Positions 52,173 through 64,000 of a stretch of DNA of 64,000 nt are shown piece after piece. The notes below the pieces were generated by a model. It was not told where the DNA came from and made no database searches. It saw only the letters and a list, made by a program, of their open reading frames with translations. The DNA comes from Laetmonice hystrix (taxonomy: Eukaryota): NCBI GenBank assembly GCA_965235115.1, contig OZ249436.1:22880001-22944000 (forward strand), in the 5' to 3' direction. Each line of letters begins with the position of its first letter. Position 1 is the stretch's first letter. The position numbers and the translations under genes were made by a program.

Positions 52173-54715
52173 TTATCCCATCCCCACGGAGGGGATGGGA
52201 TTTTGAAATTGTAGTTGTGGGCTGTTGTTAGACACTATGTCTATCTCAGTCATTTTTCAAGATATCTCAACCAAACTTGGTACACATCTTGACCATGACG
52301 AAGTCTGGTCCCAAAATGAGTCATGACGTCACGTGACGTCACGTCATGACGTCAATTTTTTTGGGACATTGGGGGCCATTTTTAAAGTTCATATTGGGAA
52401 TTTACAAAATCTATCATGGAGTTTTGATCAGGCAAGGGTCCTGTCTCAAAGCGACCCTTCATTTGACCTTTGACCTTTAACCTTAGGGAGAACTGGCTCC
52501 TGGGTCAGAATCCTTTTGAATCGCTACTCCTTCCCCATTTCTTTGTATAATTGGACAATATCTGGTAGTACCATACTACAACGAAAGGTTCAAACCCCAC
52601 AAAGAGGGATTAGAGATTTGACCTATATTCACTGAACCACGTGACATTGAAGTTTTGAATGGTGCCAATTTTAGATATCTATGGCTAAAACTCGAAGATG
52701 CTTGTCTATTAGGGCCATGTTTTTTATTGTACACAGATAGGAAGTGATATGCTCTTTCATTTGGCACCATAATTTTTAAGGGTTTACGCCCTATTTACTG
52801 AACCACGTGACCTGCAAGTTTAAAGTTATGTCATTTGGAAGATTCCTGGCTGTAACTCTTGAAAGCTTTAAGGCAGAGCCATAATTGTTCATGAATTTTA
52901 TGAAGGGCTTTTAACAACACAAAACATACAAAGAGGGATTAGCGATTTGACCTATATTTGCTGAACCACGTGACCTTAAAGTTTTCAACAGCGGTCAGTT
53001 TAGATATTTATGGGTATAACTTGTAAACGGTGTCAGATAGGGTCATAGTTACTATTGAACATGAATAGGAAGTCATATATGGGCTTTCATTTGACGCCAT
53101 TATTTTGGAGGTCACGTGACCTATGACGTCATAACGACGTCACCTATAATTTCCCAGGGTTATAACTTGTAAATGGTTGAAGATAGAGCCATAGTTACTA
53201 TTAAACACTAATAGGAAGTCATATATGATCTTTCATTATACACCTTCATTTTCCAGGTCACGTGACCTATGACGTCATAAGGATGTCATTGACATTTTCT
53301 CATGGCTTTAACTTGTAAACGGTGCCAGATAGAGCCATAGTTACTCTTGAACACGAATAGGAAGTCATATATGGTCTTTCATTTGGCACCATTGTTTATG
53401 TAGGTCACGTGACGTATGACGTCATAAACGTCACCTATATTTTCCCAGGGCCATAACTTGTAAATGGTTGAAGATAGAGCCATAGTTACTATTAAACACT
53501 AATAGGAAGTCATATGCTCTTTTATTATACACCTTCATTTTCCAGGTCACGTGACCTATGACGTCATAAGGATGTCATTGACATTTTCTCAGGGCTATAA
53601 CTTGTAAACTGTGCCAGATAGAGCCATAGTTACTCTTGAACCCGAATAGGAAGTGATATATGGTCTTTCTTTTGGGACCTTTGTTTTTTAAGTCACGTGA
53701 CCCATGACGTCTTAACGACGTCACCTATATTTTCCCAGGGCCATAACTTGTAAATGGTTGAAGATAGAGCCATAGTTACTATTAAACACTAATAGGAAGT
53801 CATATATACTCTTTCATTATACACCTTCATTTTCCAGGTCACGTGACGTATTACGTCAGAGCAAGGTCGCCAATATGTTCTCAGGGCCATAACTTGTAAA
53901 CGGTGCCAGATAGGGCCATAGTTACTATTGAACACGAATAGGAAGTCATATATGGTCTTTCATTTGAGACAATTATTTTTCGGGTCACGTGACCTGTGAC
54001 GTCATAACGACGTCACCTATATTTGCCCAGCGCGATAACTTGTAAATGGCTGAAGATATAGCCATAGTTACTATTAAACAGTAATAGGAAGTCATATGTA
54101 CCCTTTCATTATAGACCTTCATTTTTCAGGTCACGTGACCTATGACGTCATAAGAATGTCATTGGCATTTTCTAAGGGCTATAACTTGTAAATGGTTGAA
54201 GATTGAGCCATAGTTACTAGTAAACCCTAATATGAAGTCATATATACATGCTCTTTCATTATGCACCCATGATTTTCCAGTCAGGTGACCTATGACGTCA
54301 TAGCAAGGTCGCCAAAATGTTCCCAGGGCTATAACTTGTAAACGGTGCCAGATAGGGGCATAGCTACTATTGAACACGAATAGGAAGTCATATATGGTCT
54401 TTCATTTGGCACCATTGTTTTGTACGTCACGTGACCTATGACGTCATAAGGAGGTCACCTATATATTCCCAGGGCTATAACTTGTAAATGGTTGAAGATG
54501 CAGCCATAGCTACTATGACGTCATAAGGATGTCATAAATATTCTCTCAGGGTCATATCTTGACATGTTACCTGGAACTTCCCAAACACCACTGCCTATGA
54601 CAGATGTGTCGGGAAGTGTCTGCCTGGAATGTAACTCTACTCAAACTCAATTACAGAAAGGACATGTCACCCCGGGGATGGGATCCATCGTGGTCTCGCC
54701 ACGACATGACTAGTT
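52173..54715 (+). mobile_element. Intact HINE family 2 copy inserted at a TT inside another copy
   Basis: Has both ends and about 11 central monomers (starts at 53021, 53167, 53313, 53458, 53602); the host sequence resumes at 54716. Confidence 0.85.
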
Positions 54716-57700
54716 ATTCTTTGCGTTGTAGTTGTAGTAGTAGTAGTAGTAGTTAAGACATGTCGTTCTATCTCAGTCATTTTTCAAGATATCTCAATCA
54801 AACTTGGCTCAGATCTTGACCATGACAAAGTCAGGTCACACAATCAATCATGACGTCACGTCACGTCACGTCATGACGTCATGACGTCAAACGTGTCTTG
54901 CACATTGGGGCAATTTTTTAAAAAGTCATATTCGAAATTTTCAAAACCCATCATGGCGTTTTAATCAGGCAAGGGTCCTGTCTCAAGTTGACCCTTCATT
55001 TGACCTTTGACCTTTGACCTTAAGGAGAACTGGCTACTGGGTCAGAATCGGGTTGAATCGCTACCCCTTCTCCATTTATGGGAAAAATTTGACAATATGA
55101 GGCAGTGCCCCTCTACATCGAAAGCTTCAACACATACAAAGAGAGATTAGCGATTTGACCTATATTTACTGAACCACGTGACCTTAAAGTTTTCAACAGC
55201 GGTCAGTTTAGATATTTATGGGTATAACTTGTAAATGGTGCCAGATAGGGCCACAGTTACTATTGAACATGAATAGAAAGTCATATATGTTCTTTCATTA
55301 TACACCTTCATTTTCCAGGTCACGTGACCTATGACGTCATAAGGATGTCATTGACATTTTCTCAGGGCTTTAACTTGTAAACGGTGCCAGATAGAGCCAT
55401 AGTTACTCTTGAACACGAATAGGAAGTCATATATGGTCTTTCATTTGACACCATTATTTTGGAGGTCACGTGACCTATGACGTCATAACGACTTCACCTA
55501 TATTTTCCCAGGGCTATAACTTGTAAATGGTTGAAGATAGAGCCATAGTTACTATTAAACACTAATAGGAAGTCATATATGATCTTTCATTATACACCTT
55601 CATTTTCCAGGTCACGTGCCCTATGACGTCATAAGGATGTCATCGACATTTTCTCAGGGCTTTAACTTGTAAACGGTGCCAGATAGAGCCATAGTTACTC
55701 TTGAACACGAATAGGAAATCAAATATGGTCTTTCATTTGGCACCATTGTTTATGTCGGTCACGTGACCTATGACGTCATAAACGTCACCTATATTTTCCT
55801 AGGGCTATAACTTGTAAACGGTGCCAGATAGGGCCATAGTTACTATTGAACACGAATAGGAAGTCATATATGGTCTTTCATTTGACACCATTATTTTTTG
55901 GGTCACGTGACCTATGACGTCATAACGACGTCACCTATATTTTGCCAGGGCAATAACTTGTAAATGGTTGAAGATAGAGCCATAGTTACTATTAAACACT
56001 AATAGGAAGTCATATATGCTCTGTCATTATACACCTTCATTTTCCAGGTCACGTGACCTATGACGTCATAAGGATGTCATTGACATTTTCTCAGGGCTAT
56101 AACTTGTAAACTGTGCCAGATAGAGCCATAGTTACTCTTGAACACGAATAGGAAGTCATATATGGTCTTTCTCAAGGGTCGCTTTGAGACAGGACCCTTG
56201 CCTGATCAAAACTCCATGATAGATATTGTAAATTCCCAATATGAACTTTAAAAATGGCCCCCAATGTCCCAAAAAATTGACGTCATGACGTGACGTCACG
56301 TGACGTCATGACTCATTGTGGGACCAGACTTCGTCATGGTCAAGATGTGTACCAAGTTTGGTTGAGATATCTTGAAAAATGACTGAGATAGACATAGTGT
56401 CTAATGACATTCTTATGACGTCATAGGTCACGTGACCTGGAAAATGAAGGTGTATAATGAAAGATCATATATGACTTCCTATTAGTGTTTAATAGTAACT
56501 ATGGCTCTATCTTCAACCATTTACAAGTTATGGCCCTGGGAAAATATAGGTGACATCGTTATGACGTCATAGGTCACGTGACCTACAAAATAATGACGTC
56601 AAATGAAAGCCCATATATGACTTCCTATTCATGTTCAATAGTAACTATGACCCTATCTGACACCGTTTACAAGTTATACCCATAAATATCTAAACTGACC
56701 GCTGTTGAAAACTTTAAGGTCACGTGGTTCAGCAAATATAGGTCAAATCGCTAATCCCTCTTTGTATGTTTTGTGATGTTAAAAGCTCTTCATAAAATTC
56801 ATGAACAATTATGGATCTGCCTTAAAGCTTTCAAGAGTTACAGCCAGGAATCTTCCAAATGACCTAACTTTAAACTTGCAGGTCACGTGGTTCAGTAAAT
56901 AGGGCGTAAACCCTTAAAAATTATGGTGCCAAATGAAAGAGCATATCACTTCCTATCTGTGTACAATAAAAAACATGGCCCTTATAGACAAGCATCTTCG
57001 AGTTTTAGCCATAGATATCTAAAATTGGCACCATTCAAAACTTCAATGTGACGTGGTTCAGTGAATATAGGTCAAATCTCTAATCCCTCTTTGTGGGGTT
57101 TGAACCTTTCGTTGTAGTATGGTACTACCAGATATTGTCCAATTATACAAAGAAATGGGGAAGGAGTAGCGATTCAAAAGGATTCTGACCCAGGAGCCAG
57201 TTCTCCCTAAGGTCAAAGGTCAAAGGTCAAATCAAGGGTCGCTTTGAGACAGGACCCTTGCCTGATCAAAACTCCATGATAGATATTGTAAATTCCCAAT
57301 ATGAACTTTAAAAATGGCCCCCAATGTCCCAAAAAATTGACGTCATGACGTGACGTCACGTGACGTCATGACTCATTGTGGGACCAGACTTCGTCATGGT
57401 CAAGATGTGTACCAAGTTTGGTTGAGATATCTTGAAAAATGACTGAGATAGACATAGTGTCTAACAACAGCCCACAACTACAATTTCAAAATCCCATCCC
57501 CTCCGTGGGGATGGGATAATTACACATCACGCTGCCTGACAGTGCCATTCAGACGCATGACTTTGATGAACAAAAAGTAACATAATTCATGAATGCACTG
57601 ACGAACCAGGATGAAATAATGAGCATTTTTCTTGTAAAAAGATTCCCTATAACATATGTGAAACGTGTAAATGTGACAGGTGTGCAAATAATGGTTGTGC

Positions 57701-59029
57701 ATTTTTGGGGACACTCAGCATACTGGGGAAATACTGAAACGGATTTTTTAAAATTCAATCGAAAAAAAAGCCGGATTTTCTCATGTTCAAAACGGAATTT
57801 CGTGGCAAGGATGAAGGAATTTCACTGGCTCTACTGTGCGATTCTATGCAACTGGGAGCTTTCAGACGTTTATAGGTGATGTTGCTGGGGTTCATCAGTC
57901 GTCAGTGTGTCAAATAATCAGACGAATATGTCGAGCTATAGTCAGTCAACATGACCAGTTAATCCAGTTTACAACAGTTATAATAAAATAACTTAAAGAA
58001 ATTATTTTAGGTTCCAGGTGGGCAAGACCAATGTTGGACTGCTTCCGACGCGTCTGTGCAGTTGGACACTCCGTTGAAATAGTATAGGCCTACTATTGTG
58101 CAATCCCCCCCACACTTACAAAAAAGCACTGGGGTCACACTTTGCAAAGTACAGTTTTAGTACGCCCGGTGCATTCCAAGCTGCACTTTCTGAAAGTTTC
58201 ACTTTGGTGTCACTTTGCAAAGTTATACTTTGATCGGAAGTGACACTTTGGGAAAGTATAGGCTGTGCATACGGGCCTTAGTCTTTCTGAGTCAAATTTT
58301 AATAATTAATTATTTAGGTGTTCAATCCAGGCCGCTCGCTGTTGAATAACAGCAGCAACACGGATAGAGTGCCCTGGGGTCCTTCTGAGCGTTGTAGGAG
58401 TGTCGGTGACCCTAATGAGCCCTTTACACGCTCCGCACGGTGCTGCCGCTGCGTTCATGACGTCAGAGCTGCGCTCCTGCTGCGAGGGGAGAGCAGTGTA
58501 TAAGAGGTTATGAGGTGACATCAGTTGGAGGGACAACAATTTATAAATAGGCCGTGGACAATAGAATCCAATGAACCGTGACCAGTCTCCGACAATGCCC
58601 ATGGACGTCAACATAAACACTACCATGCTGTTTCCCACGACGTGGTGGGGACGGCCAAAATCGTCCCAGAATTAGATTTTTCCACGTCGTGTCAGCGGGG
58701 TGGGAGCGGCATTGCAGTCACACTTGGAGGGGTTTTTCCGATGTTGACGGCGACCAACGGCGATCTGCTAGGTCGCCATTGGTCGCCGTTAGGTCTTCAT
58801 CCAGTGTGATCGGGGTATAAACCCATGCATGTGACCTTTGTGGCCCAATCAATTCACAGCAGGTGGGTTGTAGAGGATGCCATCGTTGGCTGAACGTACA
58901 TTCTTCATCCACGCCTAAGTTCGCTTCCAAATTTGTATTCCCTTGTATCTTTTCTCTTTGTGTGGTATGTCGTTTGCAGACACTAAAAAAACTGCTTCTA
59001 CATGTTTGCTCCCCACGAACGTAGTTGGT

Positions 59030-59122
59030 GTTTCATTTCACCGTACGATAGATGTAAGGACGTACGTCTGCGTGGATGGAGGTCAAATTAGGAGCCCCTG
59101 TCCCTTTGGGTTGGAGGCTAAT
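59030..59122 (-). mobile_element. HINE family 1 terminal fragment
   Basis: GGAGGTCAAATTAG.AGCCCC..GGG..GGAGGCTAAT resembles 35224-35262. Confidence 0.5.
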
Positions 59123-59156
59123 TACTTGGGTACTTGGGAGCCTGGCTTCACTTTAC

Positions 59157-59403
59157 GGGGGCCTCGGGTGGCCCAGTGGTCTCAGGTGTTGCCTAGGACC
59201 ATCGCCTCACACCGCTGCGGTCCGGGTTCTATCCCTGGCCTGGGTTGCATGTGTGAAAGGTTTGTCAGTCAGTTCCTTCCCGAAGGCCAGTGGTTTCCTC
59301 CAGGTACTCCGGTTTCCTCCACCAAGAAAAACTGACTTTCATAATCATCTTCACCGCCGTGATATGATCCTGGCTGTTAATATTGCACAACCACCCACCC
59401 ACC
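59157..59403 (+). mobile_element. tRNA-derived SINE with a V-domain-like core
   Basis: A box TGGCCCAGTGG, B box GGTTCTATCCC, core GTGGTTTCCTCCAGGTACTCCGGTTTCCTCCACC, short (CCCA)n tail. Confidence 0.78.
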
Positions 59404-62400
59404 TTCTCTTTTCCGTTCTGTCATTTTCATCACTGCCACAACCTGCTTGAGAGCAGTGTCACGTACTCAACTGGCAAGAAAGGTTGTGATAAAATTTCAA
59501 ATAATTGCTGACAGAAATAGCATCGCTCCTATCAACGAGTATAAATTTTATTCTTTGCTCGTTGTTCTGAAGCAGTATGGCTTGGGTAGGATACGTCGGG
59601 AGAACACCAGATCGGCAGATCGGCAGGATTATCAACGAGTAGGCCTATAGAATTTATTGACCTAGATTGTTTGATGTCATGAAAAAATGTGGGGCATCAT
59701 GAGGGCAACTCCGTGGTGACTGACAGCAAGCGGTTGTGTGGCTCCTGTACCAAGCTTTCGAGACGTTTAGATCCATCGCCACTCCCGAGTCCGACCTCAC
59801 GCAGGAGTGAGAACGCGGTTCAGAAAAATTGGCCGACATCTGAGACCGGGAACTATGTTACCACTGGCTTGAACTACTAATAACACGCGCTGATTCTGCG
59901 CCTAAATAAAACCGTGTCCAAATAAACTGAACATGGACTTTCTATAACACCGACAAGTACGTGTAGTACTCACATTATCATTTTAAATGGTAAGAAACAC
60001 GGAGTTTTTCCCCACACGGATATTACATGTATTTACCAATCAAACGACGAGATGACGTGGTCCCGTCCGAGTCGAGATTTTGTTAAAATAGCATCAATAG
60101 TTTGAATCCTGTAGAAGGAACCTTTCGGTAACCTGTCTTTCCCATCAAGCCTCCATAACAAATGTGCCAACTTATACTTTATATTAGAATTTTCCGGTTT
60201 GAACTCAGAGTAACGTGTGATAGATGGACCGAATCTCTAAATTATTGACCACACTTAGGAATTCATTAACACCATTACGTTACCCGTGGAACATGATTTC
60301 TATAGTCCGCCCACAATCTACATAACGATGCAGCATTTTCCGTTCCATTCCCATCGTGAAGTCCAAACTACTTTTCCTATTTACGCCATGCATATATGCC
60401 CACCCGAGGCGTTGTCATTAATAGGTTTGTATGATAATGGATTACTGCTACCTCGTGGAGTAATAGTTTACTCTTGTAATACTGTCAGAATGTCGATTTC
60501 TGTTGGCGTTCGTTTACTGCCTATCAATTAGTCTACTGACCTCATTCATTCAGATATCAGGCATGCATTTACTATTGATAATTCCAGTTCCGATGCCATA
60601 AATTCAGTGTTTTACTGTTTCCTTCGTAACAGCTTCTCGGTAGTACTTATAACCTTTTCTTGATTGAAATTCCACGTTTCGACACTTGTTAAGAAATACG
60701 TCCTTGCATACCGGTCTCTGAACGCCCATAGTTATGTCTGAAGCAGGACTCAGCTATTCTGTCTAAGGTACGCGCCTTATTAAGGTCCCTTTTCCCAGCA
60801 GCAGGTGGCTTCTGCCACCAGGGCTATCTGGCCCCATGTTTTTCCAACTGAATATTTTATACCATATAATGCCTTTCTCGGGAGGGATGTCGGTCAAATG
60901 AAACTACGTAATCATATGAGAGAATGTTTGATGCAGTATTAAACATTAACGGTGTAAGGCGAGGCCACGTCCACTATACACGACTTTCCTTACCTCCTCT
61001 ATGCATTTAACGTAAACTGATGCTGAGTGCACGTTAAAAGTGCTCCCTTCTCATACAACCTTCCGTAATCAAATCTTTCGTCACGCCCTACTTAAAAATT
61101 GAGTGTAAAGTGAGTGGCATAATCAAAGTTCGATCCACTGCAACCCAGCTGAGCGCTCGTACTGGTCCTCTCGTTCTACAATCTGCTATCAGCAACTTCA
61201 TCATTTTCTCCCTGAAATTAATGCGCCTGCAACTGGTAGCGGTTTTTGTTCTCCGGCACAACGCTTCATGAGCTCAACAACGGGGAGATCTGACTTAAAA
61301 TTAAGGAATCTATTTCAGTAGATGAAACTATGCATGCTCTGTACTGTAATCATAGCAATATGTCGGGTTTTTTAACGAATATTTAATGCTGTGAAATATA
61401 CAATAAATCTATCATGCTGGTTTTGGCTCATCTCTCTGCACCTGCGACGGTCGTCTCTCCTGTGACATGGGGTATCAATCCCTGTTCCTGATGGCTTCAC
61501 GGCCTCAATGTCTTTCGAACCGTCGAAATCGGAAGACTCTGGCTGTCGCTTTATGATCAACCTTTTTTTGGAGCGGGACCTAGGTTCACGTCAGACATGT
61601 CTGCACCTTTATTCAGGCCAGTCTCCATCATGTAGCTGCCGTGCGGACCATCCAATCAGTGTCGAGGACTCGTGGACGTCATGAGTCTCACTGCTGTAAC
61701 GACCGCGGCTACCTCTGGGGAGCCGTCTGTTCGCATGACCCTAATGATTGGCAGGTGGTGAATGACAGGATCACAGGACTGTCAATCTTTACAATACAAT
61801 CATCATACGGATTTGGCAATCGTTAAAGTTACTGCTACATCCTGACAGATTCCCTTGGAGCCCGCAGACGTCCACCATTTGAAGTAAAACTACAATTTTC
61901 TTTCCATTCTTAATCGATAACCGAACGAAAAAGGTTCCTGTGATATTCTATCCTAACACATTGTTGAACATTCATGGTTTGGCAAGAATTGTTGCTAACA
62001 CTGATAATACTGGCGGATGATATCGCAAATTAAAATCTAGATCTTCTCATGGAACTCAATACACATCAACTTTATTCTAACGAATTAATGCAATATTGCA
62101 CATTATCACAGCGGATCAGCCTTTGTTCAAGTCGCCATACTCGTACTTCTAATGCGTTTCTCCTGTAGAACACTGGCTGTCTGTGCCGATGGCGTGCTGC
62201 CTATCTCTGACCAGGCAAGCAGGTGATTTGCACAGGTGGCAGGCCAGTGTCCACGGCTGCTCACCTGACGAAGTAATATTACCGAAACGATTATATCTTT
62301 GCAGGCTCCGACAAATCTCGGCTGGATAAACTGTCTCGTTAAATATTTCATTGCCTTAGATTATCCATCAAACACGGTTACCAGGTGAGGTCAGACGGCA

Positions 62401-64000
62401 TGCGTTGGGGTGTTGGTGGGAGGGAAGACACTGAAGGTACCAGCACCTCAAGCCCATATTCTCCATCCCTGTGCCGTCTATAAAAGGCCGCGCGTCACCC
62501 GCCCAGGGCTCCAGGCTGGACCAGCGTGACCTTTCTGAGGCATTCTCGTCCCACAATCCATGCCTCCCCGGGCAGAGCTCTCATCATGCTGCCTTTATCC
62601 TTCACGAGAAACAATTACATGTACAAGGCAATAACAGACAGCGGTTACCACGGTACACATAAAGGCACCCATTACGTGTGGACTGGAGCGAGGGCAAAAA
62701 AACATGGGGAGAGGCCTGGAGACGTGACCTTTGAAAAATAAAAGCTTTCAGGCAATGTTTATGGAAAGATCCTGATAATAACACTGAGCAAAGGATTTTA
62801 ATGAAAACACTTTAACACTTTTTTTCTGCCCCTCTTCCACGAAAGGAAAAGAAAATAAATAGATGAAGTAAATAGTATTAAAGAACGATTCTTTTTTGAC
62901 TGTGAGGGTCAAAGCCAATTTTTAAAAAACCTCAAATGATTCACATGGACAGGAAATCAGATGAACCACCCACGTGTGTTAACAATGTATTAAAGGCCGG
63001 GATTCCCTATCACCCGGTAACCTTGACCTCAGCTGACCCTGCTCCACTGGTTCAGGCCAGCAGTGGGCAGGGCTGCATTGAGCTAACCTACACAGGAGGC
63101 ACGGGGACGGCTTTTATAGTCTGGGCCGGTCTTTAAGTGACGACCTCTGTGATGGGCATTAAATCCTTACAGTGGGAGGAACAGTTCTAAATGTAGGTGG
63201 CATTGTGGTATATTTATATATTAACCCATTCCAGATTTCACTCAATGTTCTCTGTATGCCATTAGATAGAACAAAATAATTACTGGTTAGAACCCTGTAA
63301 TTCTAAGGTTGCAAATGATTAGAGTCTATGCATGCAGTAGCTAAGTGCGTCATCAGCTGAAGAGTAACTGAAGTTATTTCTGAGGCAGTCTGTTTTTTCT
63401 GCCTCTGAAGCTTTGCTAACCAGTGCAGATTTTTATGTGCATAAACGGAGGCATTTCACTAACGTTGATTTTCGCTTACACTGTCGCCAATCTGGCGATA
63501 TGGTCAGTCAAAATGTGTTTCATTGAGAACTCTCACCAATATTCTCAAAACCAAATCTGCGATTTTGCTCGCAAAACGTCGGAGCCTGTCCCACTGTCGT
63601 CAGATCTGGTCAACATCTTACTTACATACTGTTTATTACAGTAACTGGACTCTTTAACTCATCGGTACTCATGAAATGAATAGAGAAGCTCGTGCAATAA
63701 TTAAATTTCACGCGGTTAGCGTTTGTTGTCTGACTCTGTTTACGTCCTTGATTTTGACGTCAGATCCCTGACGTTGGCGACGGTGTTCGTGAAACGGTCC
63801 AAGAAAACCTTCGCCACGGTCGCCAGTTTTGACAAAACATTTATTCCCCAAATTCCGCGATCGTCAATCTTATGAATCTTCTGAATGGGGCCTGAGGTAA
63901 GTGTAATTTTCTCCGTGAATATTTAAGGCAGCGCTCTTCACTAACCGTTACTTCAACATCTCGGACAGAGACCGCTACCAATCCCCCAAATTCATATGCT

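Larger units (their letters stand above)
50097..57519. mobile_element. Nested, tandem and rearranged cluster of HINE family 2 elements with a 145-146-bp satellite
   Basis: Ends with subTIR GGGGATGGGAT, hairpin TCGTGG..CCACGA and CTAGTT lie at 50097(-), 52113(+), 54715(+). Ends with TTATCCCATCCCC..GGGGATGGGAT lie at 52112(+), 52173(+), 57519(-). Confidence 0.85.
49538..58277 (+). mobile_element. Deleted Harbinger element split by the HINE cluster
   Basis: TAA|GGCCCGTATGCAC.GCCT pairs with AGGCTGTGCATACGGGCC|TTA; ACTTT/AAAGT subrepeats at both ends; transposase remnant inside. Confidence 0.78.

Noticed and set aside
59157..59240. tRNA gene
   Set aside because: No complete cloverleaf or poly-T terminator; it continues into a SINE body.
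62470..62500. TATAAAAG TATA-like box
   Set aside because: No supportable downstream gene; the motif alone is not informative.

Overview
Eukaryotic, gene-poor and repeat-dense DNA. The repeat repertoire suggests a marine invertebrate, which is an inference. I see no intact protein-coding gene, rRNA, tRNA gene or CRISPR array; most ORF-track entries are artefacts of minisatellites or inverted repeats. Main content: (1) two adjacent large foldback elements with TAG..CTA ends and 3-bp TSDs (Academ-like; 8132-10425 and 10473-14763); (2) two families of DINE-1/HINE-type (non-autonomous Helentron) elements with internal satellites, including a 7.4-kb nested, internally inverted cluster (50097-57519) inside a deleted Harbinger element; (3) decayed transposase fragments (one pogo/Tigger, two Harbinger, a possible THAP domain); (4) a decayed LINE in two pieces (RT and endonuclease); (5) a tRNA-derived V-domain-like SINE; (6) a Transib-like and Sola-like MITEs and several minisatellites. 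Two short exact local duplications sit at rearrangement junctions and look like templated insertions. I found no convincing new coding system. The most unusual signals are structural: foldback and satellite architecture, transcription-factor motif arrays carried by TEs, and the repair scars. Superfamily assignments rest on termini, TSDs and remembered protein motifs, not on database searches.
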